NCBI GenBank assembly: GCA_031385045.1 | Contig: JANNBC010000024.1 | Coordinates: 1 to 64,000 of the forward strand | Length of the DNA: 64,000 nt | Source: a bacterium | GTDB taxonomy: Bacteria > Bdellovibrionota_C > UBA2361 > CALJRW01 | Reading direction: 5' to 3' | Shown here: positions 1-9,447 of the stretch, in pieces | Numbering within the stretch: position 1 is the stretch's first letter | Layout: each line of letters starts with the position of its first letter | The notes under the pieces: generated by a model | Seen by the model: the letters and a program-made list of their open reading frames with translations, nothing else | What the model was told of the DNA's origin: nothing | Database searches by the model: none | Made by a program: the position numbers and the translations under genes

Positions 1-1
1 A

Positions 2-1666
2 ACAGGTAAGATTAGTCCCCCAAATTTTGACTATCCAACCACTAGCACAGTTAATGCTGTAAATGGGAAGGTGCTTATTCGCTGGTCAACAGTTACTGGT
101 GCTATTGGGTACTTAGTAAGAGTGGATGATGTCACTACTACAAGAACTAGAATCTATGACTCTAATACCTATCTACAAAATTCTTATGAATTAACAGCAG
201 GCTCAGGCAGGACATATGAGTTCTGGGTACATGCTAAGGCTAGTAATTTTGATATTAATAATTCTGATACTTATAGCGTGAAACAAGTTGTGGTGTTTAC
301 GGTAAGTGGAGGTAACGGAGGGGGAGCAACACCTCCACCAACTCCGACTCCAACAGTTACACCGCCAATCACCTGTGTTGGTGATTCTACTCAGACTTAT
401 CCGATAACAAATGGGACTGGAATCAAAACAAGAAATTGTGTTAACGGAGCTTGGACTGATTGGTTAACTTTTGCAGTGCTTAGTTGTAATGCAGGTTATC
501 AATCTAATGGTACTGCTTGTGTGGCCGTTGGAAATACAAGATTGACCATTGGTGCTGCTGAGGTTTTACAGACTGGCTATAATTCTGATCATCATTCCGA
601 TATGTCATCTCCGACTTTAAGAAAATCAGCAACTGAGTTTTATACTTGGACGGGTAATGGTTCGTATGCTTTTAATATGTATACTGGAACACTCGCAAAT
701 CCTTTTCAAACAAGGATGTGGGAAGGAACTGGTAGCGGCCGATGGGATTTTAGTGGAATTAATTTTGATTTTGGTGGAGTCCCTTATAAGAGTAGTCTTT
801 ATTATCGTCCATGGATGGCAAATGTTTATAAGCATTCCGATGGTACATTAATTGGGTTTGTTCATATTGAAACTGCTGATTATGATGATCGAGCGAATTG
901 TCGATACCGCCAGGGGATTGCCAGATCAACTGATGGAGGATATCACTGGAAATATCTAGGGGATGTTCTTAAGCCTCAATATAATAGTTTTTCTAATCTT
1001 GGTGGAGCACCATTATTAATTGTTGGAAATTATTTTTACCAATACTTTAATGAACTTCCTATTGGAGGTTCTCGAGTTCCAGCTGTTGCTCGTGCACCTA
1101 TCGCTGAGGTAATTAATGCGGCGAAAGCTGGTACAGTTAGTCCATGGAAAAAATATAATAATGGAACTTGGACTCAAGATGGACTAACTGGTGTGGCCTC
1201 AAATATTACATGGAATATTGATAATATTACCGGCCTAAATAATAATTCTACCCAAACTCCAGATCGCTATGATATGCACACTGATGCAGTTTATAGTTCT
1301 GCTCTTGGAAAATATTTGCTAATTGCTTGGGAACAACTTGGATATGAATATCGAGATCCATATCCAGTCTATCCAGCTAACAAAGGTTATTATCTTTATA
1401 CATCAACTGATGGTGTGAACTGGGGAGGAAGAACGAAGGTGTATACACCTAATCACATTTATTATTCTGCAGCCGAGTTAGCAGAATTTGCTAAACAAAA
1501 TAAGGTGCCACCACAAGAGGAGAACCCGTATCCATTCTTTGCAGGAGGACTAAATCATCCACAAACAAATGATGATTTGAGTGTAATTGGTGGAAATACC
1601 TTTTATCTATATTTTCAAGATAGAACATTTAATAGGTTATTAAGAATACCATTTACTGTTAACTAA
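2..1666 (+). CDS. Large extracellular modular protein, 5'-truncated by the window edge: FN3-like region, Pro/Thr linker, Cys-rich module, Asp-box beta-propeller (glycoside hydrolase/sialidase-like)
   Basis: Frame is open from position 2 (TGKISPPNFDYP...) into ORF 71..1666. It has a TPPPTPTPTVTPP linker and Asp-box motifs ARSTDGGYHW and YTSTDGVNW. Confidence 0.7.
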   Translation, partial: TGKISPPNFDYPTTSTVNAVNGKVLIRWSTVTGAIGYLVRVDDVTTTRTRIYDSNTYLQNSYELTAGSGRTYEFWVHAKASNFDINNSDTYSVKQVVVFTVSGGNGGGATPPPTPTPTVTPPITCVGDSTQTYPITNGTGIKTRNCVNGAWTDWLTFAVLSCNAGYQSNGTACVAVGNTRLTIGAAEVLQTGYNSDHHSDMSSPTLRKSATEFYTWTGNGSYAFNMYTGTLANPFQTRMWEGTGSGRWDFSGINFDFGGVPYKSSLYYRPWMANVYKHSDGTLIGFVHIETADYDDRANCRYRQGIARSTDGGYHWKYLGDVLKPQYNSFSNLGGAPLLIVGNYFYQYFNELPIGGSRVPAVARAPIAEVINAAKAGTVSPWKKYNNGTWTQDGLTGVASNITWNIDNITGLNNNSTQTPDRYDMHTDAVYSSALGKYLLIAWEQLGYEYRDPYPVYPANKGYYLYTSTDGVNWGGRTKVYTPNHIYYSAAELAEFAKQNKVPPQEENPYPFFAGGLNHPQTNDDLSVIGGNTFYLYFQDRTFNRLLRIPFTVN

Positions 1667-2346
1667 TTTGGATATTTGGCATAGTAATCTTTACTAAGTC
1701 GAAAGCCAGTTCCAAAGATCTTTTGAATGTATTCAGAGAGTTCTCCACGGTTTCGCATTTTATCACCTTCATTTAATCTTATGGCGATGGTATGTTTTAA
1801 GTTATTTGCTTCTAAGCAGTTTGCGAGCAAAGTAAATAATGGGATACCGCCTTGTGCAATAAAATGAGGTAAGCGTTTAGTGCAATATTCCAAATTCAAT
1901 CGTTTTAATTCCAGAGCGACTGAGTTTAAAAATTCAGGGTCAGCTGATAAAAGTTGAGTCTCATAGTCAGGGATTTGGGCAAGTTGGGTAGCTAGATTTG
2001 GGAAACTTCCGATCCCAAAAGTTTCTTCTGCTAGAGTGATTAAGTGCTGATCTTTAGGTAATAATCCTTGAGGGCGAAGTTCTCGGGTAAAGACACCTAG
2101 GTCTCCAGTCATTAATTGGCTAGAGATAAATTCTAAAGTCTGTACTTCTTCAGTCGGCTTTCTTTTTAATTTTAAGTATTGATCAATTTTTTCTGCTAAG
2201 GCTATTAATTCTTTGGGGCCAATTTGCAGGCCATTTAATTTGATCGGAGCGATTACCTCTGTGGTTAAATCTAGTCTGAGGATTTCTTTTTGCGGTACTT
2301 CGTTGTTGGCAGGAGAATCTATTTGTAGTTTTGACACTGGTTTCAT
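1663..2346 (-). CDS. Hypothetical protein (orphan)
   Basis: 227-aa ORF filling the gap between genes; no recognisable motif. Confidence 0.55.
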   Translation of the reverse strand: MKPVSKLQIDSPANNEVPQKEILRLDLTTEVIAPIKLNGLQIGPKELIALAEKIDQYLKLKRKPTEEVQTLEFISSQLMTGDLGVFTRELRPQGLLPKDQHLITLAEETFGIGSFPNLATQLAQIPDYETQLLSADPEFLNSVALELKRLNLEYCTKRLPHFIAQGGIPLFTLLANCLEANNLKHTIAIRLNEGDKMRNRGELSEYIQKIFGTGFRLSKDYYAKYPN

Positions 2347-2454
2347 CTAGCTTAAGCAACATTCTAATATCTGATATACTAAAGTTTCCTTCAGGCTAGT
2401 CAAATAATTATTTTTGGGAAATATGAATCAACTACTTTTGTTTAGTATGGCTTA

Positions 2455-2973
2455 TTAAGAATTACAATATTGATTCCATGACATCAGATCCTCAGATTTG
2501 TCATAAGTTTCATCGTAACCTAATTCATCAAATGCTCCCCCGATGTAACGAATCCACTCATATTGTTTATCTCCATCACAATGATAGGTGAAAATAGCAA
2601 TATAGCTGGATGTGCCTCCTGGACCCATAGGTCGTCTTTCTACATTTATTGTAAATACTAAGCGACCGATTTTATCAGGCAGGAGATCTTCTACTGTTTG
2701 AGAAAGTGTATGGTTAGAGTTTTGGCAAGAAAGCGGAGCAAAGGGCGAGCTATCACATCTTGAATAAGATGTTTGATTACAATTTACACAGGCACTTTCT
2801 AAATCATTTTCTATCGTTGTGATAATTACTTTTCCGATAGCTAGAAATGATATTGCCTCAAGGTTATGGGCATTAATTTTATAATTATTGTAAGCAGCAA
2901 TTGACATGGAAGAAAGAATGCCAAGTATGGCAACTGTGACTAGTAGCTCAATTAATGTAAAACCTCTTTCCAT
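2455..2973 (-). CDS. Type IV pilin-like protein with prepilin N-methylation motif
   Basis: MERG|FTLIELLVTVAILGIL class III signal peptide; Cys-rich C-terminal domain; AAGGA immediately upstream of the ATG. Confidence 0.9.
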   Translation of the reverse strand: MERGFTLIELLVTVAILGILSSMSIAAYNNYKINAHNLEAISFLAIGKVIITTIENDLESACVNCNQTSYSRCDSSPFAPLSCQNSNHTLSQTVEDLLPDKIGRLVFTINVERRPMGPGGTSSYIAIFTYHCDGDKQYEWIRYIGGAFDELGYDETYDKSEDLMSWNQYCNS

Positions 2974-3104
2974 TCCTTTATTTTACTACAGTTGGTCTTT
3001 AATTATCAATAGTTTCAGTTTGTATTATGAGAGTATGTTTTTAGAAAATATATAGGGCTACTTAATCTTTAGCTACACATTTTCAGGCAGAATCTCTCCG
3101 TAAG

Positions 3105-4025
3105 CTAACCTAGAGCAATTAGCACTGCTCCAATTGTAATAAATAGCAGGCAAATTATTTTTTTGTATAACTCAAAGCTAGTTAGTTTTTCTTGATGAAG
3201 TTTAGGTGCGAGGAAGGTAAGCGCAATTCCAATGATAAAAACTACTAATGGCTGAATTCCGGAGATTGTTGCTACTAAAGTTACTGGCGCAAGAAGCACT
3301 GTGAAGCAATACCTAGATACTAGAACTGCAAGGACGTTTAATAATTCATTTAATAAATTCCAACTAATAAATTTTTTAGAATCACTAGAGATTAATTTTA
3401 GAAATTCATTTCGAAATTTTGTGTTAAAAATTAGGAAGCCAAGGCCAATTAGTGTTCCTCCCAGATGGCTATAGCATGTCGCTGTCCAGAAATTTTGCTT
3501 CTCTGCGATTCCTTTAAAGATTACTAAGCTAATTGCAATAATTAAACAGCTGAGGGCCATTAATAAGAATGGTTTGAGTTTTGGAAAGTAGCGACTGTTG
3601 GGGTGAGAAGATATGAATATTCCACTTGTTATAACTAAGAACATTCCGCCTAACTGCATGAGGCTAATACTTGTTCCTAGAAAAAGATATTCTAGGACTA
3701 GTGTGAAAATTGGAACTAGTTGAAAGAGAGGGATTATTACAGACGGCTCTTCTTCTTGAAGCGCTTGGTAATAAGGTAGTAAATAGAAAGCGATTAGTGC
3801 TCCTTCGGATATTAAGTAGAGTGCCGAGCGGAGGTCAATTGCAGTCAGATCCGCGGACGTTAATAATAAGATTATTGGAATACTTGGAATGCCAATAATG
3901 GTTGATATGATAAAGAGTCCACCAAATGCTCCATCGGGAACAAATCTGGAGAGGATAATTTTATCAATATAATTTGTTATGCCAAAGAGGAGCGGGGGTA
4001 TTAGGGCAAGGTAGAACCAGGACAT
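3105..4025 (-). CDS. EamA/DMT family transporter
   Basis: 306 aa with about 10 hydrophobic helices and an internal two-fold repeat. Confidence 0.85.
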   Translation of the reverse strand: MSWFYLALIPPLLFGITNYIDKIILSRFVPDGAFGGLFIISTIIGIPSIPIILLLTSADLTAIDLRSALYLISEGALIAFYLLPYYQALQEEEPSVIIPLFQLVPIFTLVLEYLFLGTSISLMQLGGMFLVITSGIFISSHPNSRYFPKLKPFLLMALSCLIIAISLVIFKGIAEKQNFWTATCYSHLGGTLIGLGFLIFNTKFRNEFLKLISSDSKKFISWNLLNELLNVLAVLVSRYCFTVLLAPVTLVATISGIQPLVVFIIGIALTFLAPKLHQEKLTSFELYKKIICLLFITIGAVLIALG

Positions 4026-4048
4026 TAACAGTAATTTAGGAAGTTGTG

Positions 4049-4084
4049 TGTGCTATCAAATCGCCTTAGGCATCTGATAGCACA
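4049..4084. terminator. Stem-loop between lemA and the DMT gene (possible terminator or mRNA stabiliser)
   Basis: TGTGCTATCA...GCC-TTA-GGC...TGATAGCACA inverted repeat; no clear U-tract. Confidence 0.4.
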
Positions 4085-4099
4085 ATATTGGAGTCGGTT

Positions 4100-4669
4100 T
4101 TAGAAACTAACTTTTGGGGCAACTTTTGCAGCGGCAGCTTCGCCAGCATCAAGTTCAAAGAACTCTTTCGCAGTGAATCCACCAATTCCTGCCACAATGC
4201 TATTTGGCATTTGTTGCACGCTGGTATTGTAATCAGCTACTGAATCGTTGTAGTGCTGGCGAGCAAAACTGATTCTATTTTCAGTCGAAGTGATTTCTTC
4301 TTGAAGTTGAGCAAAATTTTGATTTGCTTTTAAGTCTGGGTAACTTTCTGAGACTGCAAAAAGTTGTCTTAAAGCTCCTGTTAATTGGTTCTCGGCAGCA
4401 GCTTTTTCAGCCATGTTAGAAGAGCCCAAGGTTGAAGCAGCATTCCTAGCGGCAATAACTTTTTGAAGGGTCTCTTGTTCATGACTTGCATAACCTTTAA
4501 CAGTTTCGACTAGATTAGGAATTAGATCGTAACGACGCTTTAATTGCACATCGATTTGTGACCAGGCATTTTCGCAAGCAATTCTTTTTCTAACTAAGGT
4601 GTTGTAAATCGCCATGAACATCAGGACGACTACGACAAGTGCGATAATAACGATTAATACTATAGACAT
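4100..4669 (-). CDS. lemA: LemA family protein
   Basis: N-terminal TM helix; NAWSQIDVQLKRRYDLIPNLVETVKGYA and ESYPDLKANQNF motifs. Confidence 0.95.
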   Translation of the reverse strand: MSIVLIVIIALVVVVLMFMAIYNTLVRKRIACENAWSQIDVQLKRRYDLIPNLVETVKGYASHEQETLQKVIAARNAASTLGSSNMAEKAAAENQLTGALRQLFAVSESYPDLKANQNFAQLQEEITSTENRISFARQHYNDSVADYNTSVQQMPNSIVAGIGGFTAKEFFELDAGEAAAAKVAPKVSF

Positions 4670-5187
4670 TAGCTTTCTCCTAAAACTTTAATTGTGACAG
4701 CATCTTCAGCCGTAAACTCTGGTTGGTTAATATCGAACTCCCGATTGTTACTAATTAATGGGTCATCGACGTCAGCATCAACTTCCAGCTGGCCTGTTCT
4801 TAAATCATTTAATGCTCTAAGTTGAATTTCGAGCGTTGCTTCATCAGACTCTTCAAAGTTATCAGCTGGGATAAAAAACACTAAATAGTTTTCGCCATCA
4901 GCTGATTGATTGAAGTTTGGGGTGGCATCTTCAGGATCATCTAAGTAGTCAATTGTTGCCGTAGAAGGAACATAAGTTAGGCTATCTGGATAGCGTAATT
5001 TAATAATTAAATCATTGAAATTTGTATCAGAAATTTTTACTTTAACTCGCACTCGATCACCGGTATCAATTGTTGTTGGGGTTACATTTAGTTCAACTGA
5101 GGCTGCTCCAACAAAGTCTAAATCTCCATTGCCACTCCCACCGCAGGAAGCTAAAAGGCCGGTTAAAATCAGTAATAAATATTTCAT
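4669..5187 (-). CDS. Acidic lipoprotein with a beta-sandwich-like domain; probable start at 5187
   Basis: MKYLLLILTGLLAS|CGG lipobox after the internal Met; the stop codon overlaps the lemA start. Confidence 0.7.
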   Translation of the reverse strand: MKYLLLILTGLLASCGGSGNGDLDFVGAASVELNVTPTTIDTGDRVRVKVKISDTNFNDLIIKLRYPDSLTYVPSTATIDYLDDPEDATPNFNQSADGENYLVFFIPADNFEESDEATLEIQLRALNDLRTGQLEVDADVDDPLISNNREFDINQPEFTAEDAVTIKVLGES

Positions 5188-5450
5188 GTAAACTTTTAAT
5201 ATACGAATCAGCAGTAAGGCGCTGGATAATAGCGTTACATTACCTTTGCGATCTCCTTTTGACAACCATAATTTCTAATAATTCTAGGGTAAAATGAAGC
5301 AAAAGTAGCAACTAAGAATATTTTTCAGATAAACCCTCAAGTGAATTATTTTACTGATCAAATCATTTATTTAAACTGTAAAGTGTCTTGGATTTATCAG
5401 TTTAGCCAGTAGGTTGATCTCTTTAGACCTTTTGCGGTAACTTTCGGTAA

Positions 5451-7223
5451 ATGATTAATTTAAATAGATTTAAGGTTAACCTAAATTCACTATGTCTGAT
5501 TGCACTAGCCACATATCTATTGGTGTTGGGTTATGATCTTTCACCTTATTGGTTTCACAAAGACTGGGTTACTGATGATAGCTTTCAGCAAGTTTATCCA
5601 TTTTTAAAAGTCTATCAGCCTAATTTATTTTACGGTGATTTAATCACGGATGTAATGGAGGGCTATTTAGCTCCAGCCCATTATTGGCTAGCTTATTTTA
5701 TTACTTATCTAACTGGCAATCCAATCATGACTAGTCATTGGATGATGTTAATCCAAGTGGGACTATGTTTTAGTTTTTTATTTCTGTTTGTTAAGAAGAT
5801 TTCAGATTTGCCAAGTGCTTGTTTGGCTCTGATTTGGTTTATTAGTATTCGAACAGTTTTTCAACGGATGACTGGAGGGCTACCGCGAGGTTGGGCCTCG
5901 GTTATTATTTGTGCAGTACTTTATTTTCTAAGTCGACGGAATCATCTAGCTGTTTTAATTTCATTACTTTTGGGATGTTTGCTTAATCCGCCAGCAACAA
6001 TTGTGGTTGCATTAACCTATGGGCTTTTTCTTTTCTGGCAATTATTTACTAAAGAGCGGGCGCAATTTATTAAGCCATTTTTAGTTCTCCTAGTTTTAAG
6101 TCCAGTCTATGTTTTTATTACAGCACAGGTTGTGAAGCGTCCTGATAGTGTGGGCCAAATGGTTACTTATCAGCAGGCCTTGAAAATGCCTGCAATGCGC
6201 AGGCCTGATGGGCGGTTTCCATTTGCTCCTTTACTCGATATGCCAACCGAATTGGATGTATATGCATTTGATGCATTTAATCATCGGTTATCTAATGGAT
6301 TTAGCTGGCAAAAAACATATTGGAGTGGCAGTATTAAATTTTTTAAAGAACATTCATCCGCATTTTTCTTATCAATTTTTTCAATCTTTTTAATTATTGC
6401 AATTCTAAAGCGTAAATTACCACTTCGCGAGGAACTACTTTGTTATTTTGTCTCAATTGTTACAGTATATATATTATCTAGATTATTTGCTTTTAATCTT
6501 TATGTTCCTGATAGGCATTTATTGGTACCACTAGGAATTTTCTGGGCCTTGGCCTTTGTAACTTTAATTACAAGGATTTTTGGGAAGTCTATTGGTAACT
6601 CATTTCAGCAGACTAAGACTTCATTTAGTGTTTTAATGTTGCTCGCTGTTTGCGTAATCCTTAGCAATGGCCATGGGATGTATGGTGATGCTAACTTTAA
6701 TTATAACTTATACAAAAAAGGCAAAGTCTTTGCTTGGCTTAAGAAGAACACTAGTCCAGATGTTTTAATTGCAGGTCATCCACAACACTTAGATGCTTTA
6801 ATGCTCTTTAGCGAGCGACAAGGTTATATTACTTATGAAACTTCTCATCCATTTTATCCAAAATACTTTGAAGAATGTTTAAGGCGGAATGTGATTAGCT
6901 TAAAGGCACACTATGCACGTAACTTACATGAAGTGTACGATTTGCTGGCGCCAGAAAAGATTGATTATTTTGTTTTTGATCGCAAGCGGTTTTATCCGGA
7001 TAAACTTGCTAATGAAAAGTACTTTGAGCCTTTAAAGGCGATGGTCAAAGAGCTAACAGCTAGAGATTCTCAAGATTATGCTTTTAAACAGATTCCTCGG
7101 GCAATTAATTTAACGGCAACTCCATATTTAATTTTTAGGGATGATTATTCCGTAGTAATTGATGTTAAAAAGTTAGGTGCATATCTTCAGCAAAATATTT
7201 TGGAGCAAGATGTCAAGATTTAA
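5451..7223 (+). CDS. Polytopic membrane protein, probable GT-C fold glycosyltransferase
   Basis: Acidic DD motif after the first TM (WVTDDSFQQ), many TM helices, and a soluble C-terminal domain (AWLKKNTSPDVLIAG...IDYFVFD). Confidence 0.65.
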   Translation: MINLNRFKVNLNSLCLIALATYLLVLGYDLSPYWFHKDWVTDDSFQQVYPFLKVYQPNLFYGDLITDVMEGYLAPAHYWLAYFITYLTGNPIMTSHWMMLIQVGLCFSFLFLFVKKISDLPSACLALIWFISIRTVFQRMTGGLPRGWASVIICAVLYFLSRRNHLAVLISLLLGCLLNPPATIVVALTYGLFLFWQLFTKERAQFIKPFLVLLVLSPVYVFITAQVVKRPDSVGQMVTYQQALKMPAMRRPDGRFPFAPLLDMPTELDVYAFDAFNHRLSNGFSWQKTYWSGSIKFFKEHSSAFFLSIFSIFLIIAILKRKLPLREELLCYFVSIVTVYILSRLFAFNLYVPDRHLLVPLGIFWALAFVTLITRIFGKSIGNSFQQTKTSFSVLMLLAVCVILSNGHGMYGDANFNYNLYKKGKVFAWLKKNTSPDVLIAGHPQHLDALMLFSERQGYITYETSHPFYPKYFEECLRRNVISLKAHYARNLHEVYDLLAPEKIDYFVFDRKRFYPDKLANEKYFEPLKAMVKELTARDSQDYAFKQIPRAINLTATPYLIFRDDYSVVIDVKKLGAYLQQNILEQDVKI

Positions 7224-9444
7224 TTATTGTAAATTTATTTTTTTAATTATTTTGGCTTTATTCATTGCCTTTATCAGCTTAGGCAAGGCATATCCAACTT
7301 TATATTCACCACTAGACAATCAAGGTACTTTTAATCAGATTGATGCCGATCGCTGGATTCTAGATGGTGCCGAAATTAAATTTAACAATCTTTTAAGCCG
7401 AGGTAATAAAGTCACTTTCCATTTTAGCACTTGGCATCCAGAGAATATGCCCGCACCACAATTGCAAGTTTATGTTTGCGATCAACTTGCTAGTCAATTT
7501 GTAGTCACCCCAGGTCTAGAACAAGATGTCTACTTAAGAGGGGATTGTGAGCCTCGAGTTATTCGAATTCAAAGCACTAATGCTTTCGTTGCTAGTGAAG
7601 GAGATCCACGACCGTTGATTGCTAAATTAGATTTTCTAAACTTAAGCGCTAAGTCTGGGTTAGTTTTTTCAAGTCCGTCAATTATTTTCCAAGTTGCTGG
7701 AGCCTTATTATTAATATTTATTGTTTTAATTAATATTTTTCCAACTGTTATCGCAGGTAGTCTAATCACCTTAGTAACGGTCGGTGGATATTGCCTAATC
7801 TCCGAATTTTATTTTTCTAATCAGATTGTCCTAGGTAATTTTTATCTTTTCTTAATTTTATTTTTACTCGGATTATTAGTTGCAAGGTTTAATTTTAGAA
7901 CAAACTTACAGTTCCCTTATTTTCCCAAAGCCCCACTAGGGAATTCGCTCTTGATTATCTTAATTTTTATTTTAGGAGCGTGTTTACGCTTCTATGATAT
8001 TGACTTTGGGTTGCCAGCTAACTATCACCCGGACGAGGTTCCTAAGTATAATGCAATTGAACGCATGCGGCACTTTGGTGATTTTAATCCGCGCTATTTT
8101 TTACATCCCACTCTCCTACTATACAGTGCCTACTTCTTTAATTTTTTATTAAGGTTTTTTACAAACCTTGAAATACCGTGGATGGATACTTTAATTCTTG
8201 CTGGAAGAATGATGAGTGCCACGGCGGGAAGTCTTAGCATTCTACTAACTGCCTTAATTGCTAGGAGATTATTTAATAATTATGCCGCTGTTATTAGTGC
8301 TTTTTTAATTGCTGTATTTCCACTTCATGTAACTTGTTCACGCTACTTAAAAGAAGATGCTCTCTTGGTATTCTTTATTCTTCTTGCTGTATACTTAGTG
8401 ATACGCAGTGTGCAGGAAAATCGGGCCGGTGGGTTATTGCTAGCAGGCTTAGTCGCGGGCTTTAGTGCTTCAGTTAAATATACTGGACTAGTATCTATAA
8501 TGATTTTAGTCGCTGCGCCCTTTCTAAAGTCGGAGCGATTAGTTCCTGATAAGGAATTTTTAAAATGGACCGTGCGGGCAATTTTTGTTTTACCCCTAGG
8601 ATTTTTACTTGCTTCTCCCTACACATTGTTAGATTTAGGTAAGTTTTTACAAGATTTTAATTATGAACGCAGTCACATGGCGACTGGTCATGATGGTTTA
8701 ATTACAGCAGGTTCACAAATTTGGACTTACCATCTTGCTCGAAGCTTATGGGCGGGGATGGAGCCAGTGGCTTTAGCATTTGGAGTGATAGGTTTAGGCT
8801 ATTTATTATATCAAAATAAAATTAAATATTGGTATATCATTGCCTTGTTTTTACTTTATTATATCCCAGCAGAATATGTGAAAGCAAAGCCAGCGCCACA
8901 GCCGGAACGTTATGTTGTGCCCTGCTTGCCATTTCTAGCCATTGCAATTGGTGTTTTGATTAGTGAATTAACAATCAATGCTCGTAGATTCACTAACAAG
9001 ATCTTACTAGGAATTTTAATGCTCTTGGTAGTATCATTTCCGGCAGTTAGATCTTGGCAACTAGCTAGGGATTTAAAGCCTGATACCAGGGATTTAATGA
9101 GTCAGTGGGTAGATCAAAATATTCCAGCTGGCAGTAAAATATTAATTGATTTACCAGCTTATCAAGCACCAATCGCTCCGGATAAATTTCAGGTTTCGGC
9201 CTTAACTCGTAATTTAATTCTAGAAGAGTTATCTCCGGAGTCACTTCGTAAATCTGGCGGCGACTATTTGTTACTTTCAAGCTTATTTTACGATCGCTAT
9301 TTTTCCCAACCAGGGATTCCTCCACAGTTACGAGGAATTATTCGAAATGTTTTTAAGAGTTTTCCTGTAGTGCAAGAGTTTGAAGCTTCTTCCGGCACCT
9401 ATGGATTTAATAATCCTAAAGTAACTTTATTTAAGATTCGATAA
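7210..9444 (+). CDS. ArnT/PMT_2 (GT39/GT83-like) GT-C glycosyltransferase with an N-terminal extension
   Basis: LRFYDIDFGLP..YHPDE motif, SRYLKED, SVKYTG, ERYVVP. The ATG at 7210 overlaps the upstream gene end (the ORF track starts at 7177). Confidence 0.85.
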   Translation: MSRFNYCKFIFLIILALFIAFISLGKAYPTLYSPLDNQGTFNQIDADRWILDGAEIKFNNLLSRGNKVTFHFSTWHPENMPAPQLQVYVCDQLASQFVVTPGLEQDVYLRGDCEPRVIRIQSTNAFVASEGDPRPLIAKLDFLNLSAKSGLVFSSPSIIFQVAGALLLIFIVLINIFPTVIAGSLITLVTVGGYCLISEFYFSNQIVLGNFYLFLILFLLGLLVARFNFRTNLQFPYFPKAPLGNSLLIILIFILGACLRFYDIDFGLPANYHPDEVPKYNAIERMRHFGDFNPRYFLHPTLLLYSAYFFNFLLRFFTNLEIPWMDTLILAGRMMSATAGSLSILLTALIARRLFNNYAAVISAFLIAVFPLHVTCSRYLKEDALLVFFILLAVYLVIRSVQENRAGGLLLAGLVAGFSASVKYTGLVSIMILVAAPFLKSERLVPDKEFLKWTVRAIFVLPLGFLLASPYTLLDLGKFLQDFNYERSHMATGHDGLITAGSQIWTYHLARSLWAGMEPVALAFGVIGLGYLLYQNKIKYWYIIALFLLYYIPAEYVKAKPAPQPERYVVPCLPFLAIAIGVLISELTINARRFTNKILLGILMLLVVSFPAVRSWQLARDLKPDTRDLMSQWVDQNIPAGSKILIDLPAYQAPIAPDKFQVSALTRNLILEELSPESLRKSGGDYLLLSSLFYDRYFSQPGIPPQLRGIIRNVFKSFPVVQEFEASSGTYGFNNPKVTLFKIR

Positions 9445-9447
9445 AAA

